The notes beneath the pieces are model-generated. The model was not told the DNA's origin. It did no database searches and worked only from the letters and a program-made list of their open reading frames with translations. A stretch of 59,806 nt of DNA, filler included, from Dirinaria sp. TL-2023a (lineage: Eukaryota): assembly GCA_051941275.1 (NCBI GenBank). It is 2 parts of 2 records of this genome, joined end to end, with 100 filler letters (N's around TTAATTAATTAA, not from the genome) between each part and the next. Parts side by side here need not be neighbours in the genome. Positions count along the whole stretch, not along the records: positions 1 to 29,855 come from JAVEBF010000109.1; 1 more part is not named here. The stretch is one strand, 5' to 3'. Position numbers and translations under genes: made by a program. Positions 13,599 to 27,729 of the stretch are shown in pieces. Position 1 is the stretch's first letter, and each line of letters opens with the position of its first letter.

Positions 13599-15186
13599 AT
13601 GGCGTTAAGTCTTTTGCAAGAATTCAGATCTAAAGAGAACACCCATATTCCTAACAAGAGATACAGTGACCCACAAGCAGGTACTACAGCGGTCCCTGCG
13701 CAATACTTGGAGACAATCACCGTCCATGGTCGAGAGTATCAGAAGTACTCCATTGACAACTCCATTCATTTCGTCCCTGTGGACGAGGTAAATGGTGGTC
13801 CTGAGCCAGATTGGCTGGACGGAAAACCTGACGTGGCTTAGGAAGAAGCTGATAGACTCGAATCGCAGCATCATATGCTGGATACAGTCTTCGACCGCAG
13901 ACTTATTTTTCCCCCGGTGGCAGCTGTGCGTGATGTTCTCGACTGCGGTTATGGCGCAGCATCGTGGGCAATTGAGGTTGCGGAGACTTATCCCGACTGC
14001 ACGGTATGGGAGACCCCCGTATACTTTTAGGGTAGCAGTGCTAATAACGCATAGGTTGTTGGTGTTGATATTTCCCCTCAAATGAAACCCGACGATACCC
14101 CAGAGAACTTCTGGCCTCAGGTGGGTTAAATAGCCATACAGCCCCTATGCGGAGCGAAGGCTCGCTAGCAAAGTTTGAAGGCTTCCAAAAACTTGCGATG
14201 GGTCGCGCAAATTCAAACATGAGCGCCTACCGTTCACGAAGCATTGTGTCGCTTTGTAGCTAAGATCATAGTGGACTGGATGAACAATCGTCATATTGCT
14301 AGATGAGGTGGCAGAACAAAAAATAGTTATCACCTTCATCTTGGGTTTCTGTGCTGTTTGAGGCTGACGCGGCATCAATGCAATGTAGCTTGACGACATC
14401 AACCGACCCTTTACGTTCCCATCAGGTTCATTCGACGTCGTCCATTCGCGGCTGGTGGGGGGAGGTATTAATTACTTGCGATGGCCGGCATACGTGCGTG
14501 ATATCAAGAGGTAAGTGGCGATAGCCTAAAGCTTTGTCAACGCCCCATTACCTATACTTGCAAATGAGCTAACCTTCTTGAAGAGTCTTGAGACCAGGAG
14601 GCTGGGCCCAAATGGTCGAACTCTATTGGCAGTGTCAATCTGACAGTGGCTCACTAACAGCATCCCATGGACTTCGCCAATGGAGCGACAAGTATATCCA
14701 GTCACTTCAGGGCCTGAAGAACCCACGTGCGGCAATGCAATTACAGAGTCTTTTGAGTGACGCAGGTTTTGTGGATGTCGAGGCCAGAATGATACAACTA
14801 CCTACGTGTGCTTGGTCGAATGGTGTGTGCCACAATTTTATTAATCGAGTCACTAATGTAGACGGCGTCTAATTTTCCAAGCGCCATGAAAGTCCTCTAC
14901 TCATAGTCGGACTAATTTCGTCAGCAGATCCTACGCAGTGTCGGATTGGTAATGAGAACAAAGAGAACATCCAAAAGGCTCTACGTACGTTAGCTTTGTA
15001 TCCCTTCACTAGACACTTGGGCATGACTATCGAGGCCGTCAATACCCTCGTTGCCCGCGCTCGCGCTGATGCAGCCAATCCTAGCCTTAGAGCGTACTTC
15101 CCACTGTATTTGGGCATTTATCCTCGTACGCACAGTAAGGTGCTAACGGTCTTAGGTATGTTTGCATTGGAAGGAGGCCCCGATAA
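13599..15186 (+). CDS. SAM-dependent methyltransferase, LaeA-like/TAM-domain family; exons ~13599-13603, 13661-13787, 13842-14003, 14055-14120, 14389-14510, 14584-14822, 14928-15105, 15156-15186
   Basis: Spliced product has FVPVDE|EEADRL, VLDCGYGAASWAIEVA (motif I), VVGVDISP, SFDVVHSR, VLRPGGWAQMVE, AGFVDV, YVCIGRRP*. The first 57-nt intron is uncertain because the frame is open either way. Confidence 0.9.
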
Positions 15187-18100
15187 CTGAATACGAGTTG
15201 GCCTGAGCTACTGGCGTAGCCGTTGACAGACATGACCGTCTCTTGATGTAATATTTTACGCTGCTGTCCGTGCCATCTATGAATAATCTAGGGCTGGGTT
15301 AACAATGAGAGCTCTTGACTCCGCTTCTGCTAAACCCGTCCACCAATGCATGATCGCCCATGGTTGCATCCATTTTCTTGCTTAGCTCCTGATGCATGCT
15401 AGTGTCTCTTAGTTATGAGCGTGAGGACATCTTTTAGGCACCTGTCGTGTCTTCTCAATCGGTCTTTCTCGTTTGTATCAGAGAATAGGCTCAAGGGTTA
15501 GTGAGCACAGCAGACTGTGAGGTGGGTAGATTCTAAAGCATTCATAACCAATCAATGTGTCTTATTTCAGACTGAGGTTGCTGCTGCAGCACTGTCAACG
15601 TCGTGGTGCTCGAGGTCGTTCTGCCTCTTCATGGTACAGCGAATACCGATGCTGTGCTCGACTGTATCCCAATTAGGCCAATGGAATATGTCTTCGTTGA
15701 TGTGTTCAAGAATGCCACGTCGTTTTCCTATGGCTTAGAGCCCGTGACCGAGCGCGAAGACCGAGTCAGTCCGTAGCTATGGGGAGCGAGAGATCAGTGA
15801 GTTCGACTGATGGCGTGGCTATTACCACCGAGGAAGGGCCCGCGGGATTCCAAGGCAGCCTTACAAACAGGAGGTGAGCACAACAGACATGAGCTTCAGT
15901 GGGTTGTGGAAGGGGCAGGTCAATCTTGATGAGAGGAGACTAAATGAGGAGTGAAAAGGGCAAGAGGATGAAGTAATCAATCAGTGGTCAGATCTGGGAA
16001 TCTGACCGGAAAACAAAGGGGCAGTACCGAGAGTCTGGTAGCGAGAAGGGAACTATGGAAACCTAAAAAAGTGAACCATTTAACGGCCGACACCTGCCAA
16101 AAGGGACGAAGACATCCTCCTCAACCAGGGTTCATCGCTGATACAAGCCTCGCCGCTTCTGCTTGCGTACATGGACGCTGCCGTGGCACAGCCGAGTCCG
16201 CCGGGGAAAAGGCTTGAGCATATATAAAGTTCGTCCGAAGGTGGCAAGGCATGGCATTGTTACCGGGTTGTTGTTGGCACTACCTGAGGTCAGGGATCAT
16301 GATCGTTGCCCGTGTGAGAAGACTTGTGGCAACCAAGTTCAGCATCCCTTGAGTAGCTTACAAAGGCTGACGTTTATCCCAGGAAGTGTGTTACAACAAT
16401 CACAGTGTCTGGATGGCCTTGATCCAATTTTTCTTTCTCCGAAATCATTGTACCTATCCACCACAAGTTACGATGGTTATCTATACGAATGCATCTACTT
16501 TTTTTGGACCAGGCCGGCGGACAACTCCATCTCTAAGCCGACATCGTTACAATAGCCATACGAAGCTCCCAAGCGCCATTGAGACAGCGCCAATGGTCTA
16601 GGAAGATCAATATAATAGGACTGCCACAATGGTGGGTTTTCCTCCTACAGTCCCCAGGCGACTGAGAGAATGATGGACCGAGTGGAAGGCTTAATTAACC
16701 ACAGAAAAGAAGAAAACGGACGGGCAGCCATACCTCACCTATATTAAAGTATGTAGGCGGCCCAGCACTGACCCTTCTATGAATAATGCACCAATTAGGT
16801 CGAGATTGCATATCAATAATATCGGAAGTATTTCCCTGATCATCTGCTAGTTCCTTTCGTCCCTGCATTAGCCCGCCTGTCGTGCAAGCCTCAATAGATC
16901 GCCTATTAGCGCAGGCTAACGCAATACTTGGATAGTTGGATAGGCGATCTCGCGATCTCATAATCGCCGCTGGGGGAAGTCATAATTGACTCGCTATTAT
17001 TGGCAGCGTGCTGTCAAAAAAGCTCACCCGAGCTGGGAGTTCACATATATCTCGCTAGCGAGTATCATCCTTCGCTGCAAAATTGTCAGAGTAAAAATCC
17101 ATTTAAGACGAGGAGGTCGCATAAATCGGACTGCGTCAGGCACCAACAGCTCCTCCTCGCAGCTTAATTTTGGACTGCCGTTGTTGTGAGTCGGATAGTC
17201 AGTAAGCGACCGGTTTTCGTCTCCCCAGACTCTATGCGTAATCAAATTCCTCTATCGCTTCTAATGTGAGCTTGGTTTTGAAGTGGCATTTTGGTTATTT
17301 GAGAGCACTTCTTATTTTATGAGAGTGTACGATACATGCTCACTCCATTTGATCAGTGTTACCAATACGTAGCCGATTGCTCCGATTCTGACCTTACCTT
17401 AATGGCGGTCTATCACCAAAGCAGAAACCGTGGGAGTCAGCATCGCACTCAGACTGTAACCGGACTGAAATCTTTCTTGCGGGTGGATTTTACCAAGCCT
17501 CTTGATCACTTGCTATTCCAACAAATGATTTTGGCGCAAGTTCTTGCATTGCTACAAAACCAAGACATCTTGTCCAAAACCACGCTTTCGTACCTTCGAA
17601 CTCTAATCTACAAGGGTTTAGGACACCTTGTCAGGACAGGGTCTACTCTTAGTTCTGTACACTAGTGTTATCTACGCTACTGATGGCAACTTCCAGGGAA
17701 GTCCCCCGGAGAGCCAGGAAGGGTTCACATATCCAGGCAACGGAAAGCATGATGTCAACAAAGGTAAAATGCGACAGCAGAAGGAAGCAAAGTAGCCTCG
17801 ACGAGCAAATGAGTCGGTTCAAACCTTATGGAAATCGTCTGTCTGGTGAACATGGCGGCTATTGGATTTACATGTAGGTTGTCGCTCGACTATTAACGCG
17901 AAATACCATTGCAATAGAAGAGTTTCTCCTCAGAAACCTGCAGTGACAACTCAACAACCACCCGTATCCTTTGAGTATTAGGCGGTATATTCTGGGCAGC
18001 CAGGTTGGTACAACTCTTGCACGACTGGTGGCAGTTGAGAACAGGGCTCCAATTCTCGACATTGCGTAACCTGTCTGCTGTCTCCAGAAACATGGTCGCT

Positions 18101-20541
18101 TCAAAACCCGTCTGATTGTCAACAGCTGATAGCAAAGCCTACAGCCAGCATGACGTGACCACGATATGGAGGCGCGACTTCGGCCAGTATCATTACTGTA
18201 CTCATGTTCTCTGTTGGGGGAGAATTACTTACGCTGGATCCGCCCGTCATTTGTTGAATCGAGCCCAGCATTTCACTCTCCGTCATACTCTTCGCTAAAT
18301 GAGAGACAATACCTTATCGAAGCATACCGCAGTGGCTTTCTTGTAACCTTTACTTTTCATATTCAGAGATTCTCGTCCGTCAGCGCAGAATGCATCTCCC
18401 TTGCACTTGCCGTACCAAACAGGCTGGCTCGCGTCGTATGATCACATCTGGATCTGGCTTGCATGTTACGATCCAAGCGTGCGGGCTTTCACCATAGTGG
18501 TACCATGAGTATAAGAAGCTGCGTCGGTGCGGGCATTTGAGCTGGTCGAGGGCGATTGGCCGATTAGTGTACACTTGAACTCGTTTCGCTAAAATTGGTA
18601 AGTCTCTAGACATCGTAACCCCCTTTGACGGAGACTATTATCGGTATGATTCAAGAATTAGTCCACGATTCAGCCTACACCCCTACAAAGCTTGCTTGTG
18701 TAGAGTCTTTATTGCAAATTCTTCATTCCTGTTCTACCGTGGAGCTCCTTTTCGACTGTCGGTACTGCGCCTAGTGATTTGTTGGGTCTCGTCATCCCGA
18801 CACTCTACTTTATATTGAGGAAGGTTGCCAGACAAGCGCAGTGTATTGCCAACCCGGTAAAACAATACAGAGCAATGTAGGTCATCATCTTGTCTACCAT
18901 TTCGTGACTTAAGTCTTTGCATAGGAATTTTCAGAGCTATGCAGCTGAGCTAGAAATCTAATATAGGACTACGTCTCGCTCTCATTGCGCCCTCAAATTC
19001 ATACTTAGATCACAGAATATGCCCCTACAGACCCGTACACTCGTTTTATTTTAAGCCAATCCTTGCGCCGCAATATCACCTCTCATTTGCTAGTAAAAAG
19101 TCTCAAAGTAATGAACGCTAGCAGCAGCCATGGTCCGATGAATGTGTTATCTCACGCACCAGCTGTTACGAAATCTGACTTCTGCAGCAATACTTTCGGG
19201 AATAGACGGACTGAGGCACCCAGTACCATTGGAGCTCAAGAAGCATAGGGCTTCCTCACTTCCAATGACATATGTCAGGAACCCGGGGCTGCACCGAGAG
19301 AGAGTTGGCGCAGCACATTGTCCAAGACGAGCAGCAGTGAAAGTATCCCTACCGAACAGGGACCCGACTTCTTGAACAGAGACTTAGATGATGATCAGAT
19401 ATATGATCCGCAAGATGTATAACATTGATGAAACCTTCCATAATAAAGATTAAAAGCTGCGAGAAGCTGAACTACCTATATCTACTTTTTAGAATCCCAT
19501 AATCAAATTTACAGCCGGAATAGTAGATCTAGAGCGGGATCGCAGTCACAGTCACAGTTCTCGGGCGCGAAACCGGAAAAATCGACATGATCCCCCGAAA
19601 ATCTGAGACGGACGGCAAGGTGGGTTCTACATGGGTGTATTTGAAGGCGCATGAGTGGTGGTTTTGTCACACGCAACAACAGCAAGTCCCATGAACCACC
19701 TTCGACGTACCAAGGATGCGTGGTAGCAACGGAGTCATCTTTGGGGTGAAGTCTTCCCAACAAGGCGATTCAGCCGCTGTTGGAGACATCCATGTGCGAT
19801 GAACGATCGTTGTGGTTGGTGAAGCAATTGTTCGAAGGGGCCGCTACCGGCTCTGAGGTGACGATCTCAACCAATCAGAACAAAAAAAATATCAAATGGT
19901 CGGCGGCTTCATCTTCACATCAATCCATTGAGAGCTCTGGAAAATGCCACTCAACAAGCAAGATTTTGCTTGACTTAACAAAAAGCATTTAACGTTTTGC
20001 AAGTCTCTACTTTAGGATGATAGCGGCCGTCCAGTGAACCAACAGATCGGCGCGTGGTCGGTGCATAGGGTCTAGCGAAGAATGCACTGGATATTTGACA
20101 AATTCATTAAATGAAAATCATGTTTGACAGAAATTGCTCAGATGCCCTGTTAATGTAGGAGTTGGTTTGTGAGCTCGTTCCGCCATATAAAATTCGCAGC
20201 TTTTCGCCTGTACAGTAGAATAATTTTCCTGCATGCTTTAGTTGACATCCTGCTGAGTGTGCAGTAGTGAGACGATAGCGAAAGAAGAACGTCAGGATAT
20301 AATTTGGGTTTTAAGGGAATTTGATGTTGATCGAAATAAATTTGACAGTGCCCAGGCCGAGGGCTCTTTGGTCGGTAGAATTGGAGACTTGCATCTGCCG
20401 AACGGTCACGTGCTTCTACTTACATACTCGGATCGGTTCAATATCCATCAACCGCAAAGAGTATTATATTGCCTCCTCTCTCAAGCTCTCCACAACAGCA
20501 AGCAAACAAATGTGAAGGGTCCCAAGGGACTGTAACGCACA

Positions 20542-21739
<1,198 letters not shown>

Positions 21740-22194
21740 TTTCTGAAAGGCATCAAGTAAGAGATGAGTCTGTTAGCTAAGCCGTCTTTGCATGGACTGC
21801 GGTGAATCTATCTAGGATACCTAGGCAAGACACGAATTAAGGTACATGCAAACGACTGGCCCTCCTAGCTAAAGGGTGAAAAAGAAGGCATGTAATGAAT
21901 AGTTCCGACTGCCCCCCTTATCCATCCATCCATCCATTCCATTATTGCCCACAATAACCAGCTCAAACCTGTGGGGGGTGGCCATGTAGCAGCGAATTCC
22001 GAATTAATAACTTTTAGTGGTGATTGGGGGGCAGGCAGGCAAAACAAAACTGAAATCGGCGAGTTGAATGTGCAATCTCGTTCCTTTTTGTGTTCCTTTG
22101 TCAACAAATTGATCAAGCGGATCTTTACTCTTTAAGTCTCTCACACACACAAATCTTTTGTTGAAGGGAGCCACACACAAACTTTCACAGAAGG

Positions 22195-25014
22195 CTAGGT
22201 AGGGCTCGCTGGGGCGACAAGGATATGTGAATTGCGCAGATGGCTGAGCATGGATAGAGTCGGATTGACGCGGGCGCCGACAGCGGTTTGACACCTGTTT
22301 GTTTTTTTCACACACACACACACAAGTCAGTTGGACCATGGAGGACTAAGGATATGTTTTGGGGGAGGAGGGGGAGAAGCAGCAGCAGCAACTTACGGAT
22401 CAGGGAAAAACTGGAGATTGGCTCCCTCCCAGTCCTCACGACGGCTCATTTCTGTACGAAAAGCGACTGCGTCACGGATATTGCAGAAGTGGAAAATCGC
22501 CGCGGGATGCTAGGTTTTTCATCATCACGATCCAGTCAGCAACAAAGCCAAGTTTTCGGATTGAGGGAGGGAAGTTTTTCGCCTTACACCCTGATCACTG
22601 AACCCGTGTTCGACACACTCGAATTCCCGCGCTGATTTCCCTTGCGCAGTGACCTTGCCACCGGCCAGCAGCATCATGTCGTTGTTTGGTATGCCTCTCG
22701 GGAACCCAATAGCGCTGACGCAGCGGGTGGCTCCCTTTTCCACGTAATGTTGAACCAAGCTGCTCGTTGGAGTCACGTCTTCAGCCATGCGGACCTCAGC
22801 ATAGTGTTTGCCAGTAGCGTCTTGACGATACAAGATGCCATTCGCGGTAGCCTCGTGGTATTTCTTCGCGTCCGCCGCGTTCAGGAATGTCACTTCGGCC
22901 GAGTATGGGAGGCATCGGATTTCCTCCAAGGGGCCACCATAGACGAGTTTGGTGATAAAGAGTGCTTTGGTCGACTTGGACGGCCAGACAGGATTCCCAT
23001 AGATGATCACTTTTCGGATTTGAGCTGCTTGGCAACAATGGTTAGCCATCGAACACTGGAGGAGGAATCAAAGTGGTGCTTACCGGTTTCGAGGCGGACT
23101 TCAGGCTTGCCCCAGGCCTTGAAGTAGACCTCTTTCTCGCGATTCTCGCCGCGGCCAGGGAGAGATTTTGGGCCGGCAATACCGTGCTCGGCAACGGAGG
23201 CTGGTGAAGCAAGAGTGAATACCATTGAAGAGGGGGTGATGGTTGAAGAAGACTGACCAGAAGTACGGCCGGAAGTCTCCTTGCCATCATCCATTGCTGA
23301 AGTCTTGACCTGCAGATTCGGGGTAACAGTCTTGTCAGTCATGGAATCAGCTTTGGCAGCTGAAAATGGGGTAGCTGGCAATTCGGCGACTCCTTTGGGT
23401 AGTGTTATAGTCTTCGAACCCCAAGATCGAGAGTTGTAAGATTTGGCAAATTTGAGACCAGCGGCTACAACATCACTAGGTGAGACGCCTCCTTTGACTG
23501 TCGTGGTCTTGGTTCCAACCTGCTTCTCAGACCCTGAAGTTGCTGGAGTGGACACCTTTTCCTTTGGCATCTCTTTCACAGCTTCGAGACCAGCAGCGAC
23601 AACATCACTGGATGAGACACCTCCTTTGACTGGCTTGGTCTTGGTGCCGATATCTTTCCCAGGCTCTAGAGATGCTCCAGCGAGCACATTTCCCTTTTGT
23701 GTTTCCTTCACAGCAACGACATGAGTGTTTGCTGGAGATGCTTGAGCAGACACATTTCCCTTTGGCACTTCTTTCACAGCAGTTACAGACTTGTCTGCTA
23801 GTGAATCCTTCTCTGCCGGCTGCTTTACAGTCGAAGGAAGATATGCCACAAAAGCAACACCATTCACAGTGACTGCTTGCTCCTTCAAGATTCCCATGTT
23901 AACCAGCCTCTCTACTACCTCCTCCTTTGAAACAGTCGATTTGAGCAGCTCCAGAGCTCTCTCATGAGCTAGTTTTGCTCGCTGGAAATGCGCGTGGATC
24001 GCCTCTTCAATGACGAAGTCCGGTGGAAGCATAGAACTAGCCCAACTGACCTTGACCCAGCTTTTTCTAGCGTCACGGTGTTCCTGACGGCTGTCCGTAG
24101 AAAGTTTGGGTTCCGATACGAAAACATACTCGTCAGTCTCCGTCTGAGTCCCAACAGAGTAATGACGGTCTTCTTTGGCTCCATTAGATTCGGATGCTGA
24201 TGATGGTAAATGTTCGGAGCTGAGCGTATTCCTGTCACTCAGGGGGGATGTCAAGGTCTTGATGATCCCCGAGGAAAAACCCTCGCCGAGAGCCTCTTTG
24301 TAGGACGGCTGTTTTGTCACTCGTGGCTTCTCAGCAGTGTAGCCGTTGTTGTCCGACTTCGCAATGGGTTTGCTAGCAAATGTCTTTCCGTGAGATGGAG
24401 CTTCCGCAATCTTGAAAGACATGCGTTCAAAATTCTCATTGTGCTCCTGTGAGCGCTTTCTAGCTTCTTCTGCATTGACTTTCTCTCCTTGTTTCGTACC
24501 GGGTGCGATGGACTTCTTCTCGACGTTCGGAGCAATGCTCTTCCGCAAAGGCCCTTCTTTGTTGGCCCAAATCGAAGCCTCGAGACCGCCAGAGGTTGGC
24601 CAGGCCATAAGCGCCTTTGTCATTGCGAGGTGGATCTCGTCGTTGGAGAATTCGGACGGGTCCTCCGCGCCAACAGATGGAGACGGACGATGAGACTCTG
24701 GGGTAGGGTGCGGGGCTCGAATACCTTTCAACTGTGGGCTCTCGTCCATTACTTGCTGAAGAGCGCGAGGCTGGAGGGGAATGCGGCCACCCTCGTCGAA
24801 GAAACGGTGGCGATACTCGTCGTCGGTATGGTTCTCGTTGCCAGAAGCAGAGGCAAAAGCTGCTCCAGAAGTGGCTTCCGGACCGGAAGGGAAGGCTGGC
24901 TGGCCTGAAGCTCGACGGATTTGAGCCGTAAACTTGCGGATGTTCTCAGCCTCGTCATAGCGAGGTGGAGCACCATGCTCATGCGGATTGGTTTTCCCCA
25001 TCTTCTTGTATTTC
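22195..25014 (-). CDS. Hypothetical protein with a long low-complexity N-terminus and a C-terminal divergent tandem RRM (Nrd1-like); exons ?-23084, ~23027-22588, 22509-22397, 22294-22195; 5' end unresolved
   Basis: Spliced C-terminus RKVIIYG...VYGGPLEEIR...AEVTFLNAADAKKY...KGATRCVSA...FHFCNIRDAVAF...FFPDPC resembles paired RRMs. A likely acceptor at 25015 implies an upstream exon; the first in-frame ATG in this exon is at 25001. Confidence 0.75.
23450..23785 (-). repeat. Intragenic imperfect tandem duplication (~132-bp unit x2 plus a partial copy)
   Basis: AVKE..KGNV/KEKV...GTKT..VKGGVS.SDVVAAGL occurs twice; AVKE..KGNV occurs a further time. Confidence 0.8.
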
Positions 25015-25827
25015 CTAAGCAATAAGCAAGGTCAGCGAACAGCTTCTCATTATCCAGCAAGCAATAGAGAGGATCTGCTGTTTGAAAAGACTCTCTGCAA
25101 GCAGCACAGGCACATCCGCAGTCAAGCAGATAGCGACTGAATCATAGACTGCACTCGGTGATACTAGCTAGACATCAAGTCATCGAACAAGGCACTCCAC
25201 AGCTTCGATGTTCCTGATGACATTGCTGACTAGCCTAACAACAAGTCCCTACAGCCCACCATGAACAGAGACTCCGAGAAGTCTCTGTTCTACTGTGTAG
25301 AGGGTGGGTTACAAGAACACAGCTTTGGATGGGAAAAGAGTGTGTGCTCGGCTCAGATGGCTCACTCACCTTCACGATCACCAACCTACGATCACCAACT
25401 GCCGCTCTGTTGTGGAGGACTATGTATGCTTTGTAAAGCTATTTCGAATAAAGAAAGAATGCACTGAATATGCAGCAAGCCTGTCAAGAAAGACACGCTC
25501 AAGATAGAAGTGTTGATAGCAGAAGATTACGAAGTGGAGGTTGAACGAGTGTTGTGGCGAAGTAAGGTAAGAATCATCAAGAAGAGTGAGCTACCATTTT
25601 AAGCGAGGCACGCCAAAGGCTCATATCGAAGATCATTCACAGAGTCAAATGAATCATGGCAATCGTAACACACTGCTACCATTGGCCAGAGCCAGGACCA
25701 AAAGAAATCAACAAAAGAGTAAGTATACTTCTACATGCACCCATACTATCGCCATCCAGGGGTATCTACCCAACCTAACTCCTTCCTCTGTGCTAAGTCA
25801 CGTAATATATTCATCCACCCTCCATAT

Positions 25828-27411
25828 CTATCCGGATGGTATTGATACGGTTTCCCAGTTCTTCTCCCCCCGCCGGGGAGATTCGAGGAGCAATTGCAGT
25901 GTCTTTATGCCACAATAACCGTCTCCCGTATGTTCGATATGCTCCGCATTCGAATCATCAAGCACCTTACTTGCTTCGCCTTCCGTAAAAGCCTGCTCAC
26001 GACGTTCGTTATACCAAGGCAAGCCGACAAGATGATTGACGAGATTGTGTGGTATGCTATACAGGCGTTCCCAACGCCGAGTGATTGGTATCCACCATAA
26101 GGTCCAAGAGTCATAAGCGACACGCACATATGGATTTTGATATACTCCACTGTCTTTCCAAGGCTTCGAGTTCGAGCCCAGTAAGTCCGCGTGGATCAGG
26201 CAGCATTCGGATGCGTCCCAATCCCGATCTGGGAGGGCTCGGAAGCGGAGTGGTTCAGAGCGCTTTTGGACATGGCCACCAAAATCTCGCCTGTTTCCTG
26301 ATGGCTGCGCGTGCAAGAAGAATTTTGCATCAAATGCCACCATGCCACTCCAGCAGCTCTTCACCCGCACAGCATCCTTGCCGTCAAGGACATCTCGCCT
26401 GCTCAGGCCCATGCCTGCATTAGAGAACCAAGGAAAGAACGGGACACCCATGCTATAGCCCTCTATATCTCGAGTTGCAAAGGTGTCGTAGAATTTGAAT
26501 GGATTGATGAAATCCACAGCACAGGCAGCGTCAAAGGAGGCTCTACCAGTTTCGTCCATGTTCGTGGAAAAAAGCAGTTGTACCGCGTCAACGGGATTGA
26601 AAATAACATCATTAAGGAAAAGAATCTTGTCAAATATAACGTCGGGGTCATCATTTAATGGTTCCAAGGCCTGGTTGCGCACTTCGGCAAGGTAGGCAAT
26701 GCGTTTGATGCGTTTTGAACCGTCTTGTAATGTCACATTCGGAAGGTATTCGAGAGGTAGATGCTCCTCAAATACAAATTCTTTGTTGCACTCCACCTTC
26801 TCCTTGAACTTTTCCAGAGCATCGCTTGCGGCCGAGTCACCGTCGTTCTCATAAATGCTGAGAAACGCATTCCTGTTTCCCAGCAGGTTTAGAAGTTGGA
26901 TGACCCTTCGACCCCATTCGCCGTCGACCAGATGGCCCCCTTTGTCATAAATGCTTGCTGCTATGAAAATTTTTTGATTATCAATGTTTGCCCTTCCAGG
27001 ATCGTCGCTCGCCTCAATTCTCTTTTGCAATGCTTTATAATGCGCTGGAGGATCATTGTAGGAAGGCCAAAATATCGCCGTAAGGATTATCAGGACGAGT
27101 AGGCAAAATAAGACACTTTTGAAGAGAAGACGAAGCCGCCGCCCAAAGAATGAATGCGGCGTTGGAAGTGGACTGGACGACTGTTTGGCACCCCATCCTC
27201 TGTAGCGTCGAGGCAGCAGCCGTCTCAAACGCAATGGCACAAGCTTCCGGAGCAAACGTAGTCCGGAGGCAGACGGACGAAGGACTCGTGATCGATGGGT
27301 GAGGCTATGGCTTTCAAAGTTTGTATTATCGAGATGAAGCTCATCTTCATAATCGGAGAGATCCGACTCATTAGAGTTAGCGTCCGTGGGTTGTGAATGG
27401 CGAGAGAACAT
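25828..27411 (-). CDS. Glycosyltransferase family 69 (Cmt1/Cap59-like alpha-1,3-mannosyltransferase), type II membrane protein
   Basis: 527-aa intronless ORF; one TM segment, FLSIYEND, RIAYLAEVRNQALEPL, ILFLNDV, ACAVDF, FYDTFATRD, VKSCWSGMVAFDA, ASECCLIHADL. Confidence 0.92.
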   Translation of the reverse strand: MFSRHSQPTDANSNESDLSDYEDELHLDNTNFESHSLTHRSRVLRPSASGLRLLRKLVPLRLRRLLPRRYRGWGAKQSSSPLPTPHSFFGRRLRLLFKSVLFCLLVLIILTAIFWPSYNDPPAHYKALQKRIEASDDPGRANIDNQKIFIAASIYDKGGHLVDGEWGRRVIQLLNLLGNRNAFLSIYENDGDSAASDALEKFKEKVECNKEFVFEEHLPLEYLPNVTLQDGSKRIKRIAYLAEVRNQALEPLNDDPDVIFDKILFLNDVIFNPVDAVQLLFSTNMDETGRASFDAACAVDFINPFKFYDTFATRDIEGYSMGVPFFPWFSNAGMGLSRRDVLDGKDAVRVKSCWSGMVAFDAKFFLHAQPSGNRRDFGGHVQKRSEPLRFRALPDRDWDASECCLIHADLLGSNSKPWKDSGVYQNPYVRVAYDSWTLWWIPITRRWERLYSIPHNLVNHLVGLPWYNERREQAFTEGEASKVLDDSNAEHIEHTGDGYCGIKTLQLLLESPRRGEKNWETVSIPSG

Positions 27412-27729
27412 GCTGTGTCATGATGATAGGAATGGCTGATAGTAATGATCCGCTGAAAATGCACGGGAAAGGAGCGTCAGGCATAGATTGAACATTGTAC
27501 GAACCAAAGGGATGCCGAGGATGCCAAGTGAAGCCAAGGATCCCCTCGATCCAAAGTTGGTTGGGGTTTCGTCAATCTTCTCGACCGCAGACATGTGACA
27601 TGTAATTAATTAGCGCTAGTGTAAGATCTCGGTAGATTACACGCCTATGACTCCATCTCATTGGGTTCACAGCCCAAGTACGCATTTCAATGCGACGACG
27701 AGGATTTACAGCCATTGAAGCCCCCAAAC

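Noticed and set aside
17336..18441. Fragments with faint resemblance to a GH55 glucanase N-terminus (ETCSDNSTTT, DPPVI)
   Set aside because: Scattered over frames with many stops and no GDG..DDT motif; not supportable without BLASTX.
27661..27729. TTG-initiated N-terminal extension of DED81 as a mitochondrial targeting signal
   Set aside because: The extension is acidic (CDDED), unlike a presequence; ATG 27730 has good context.
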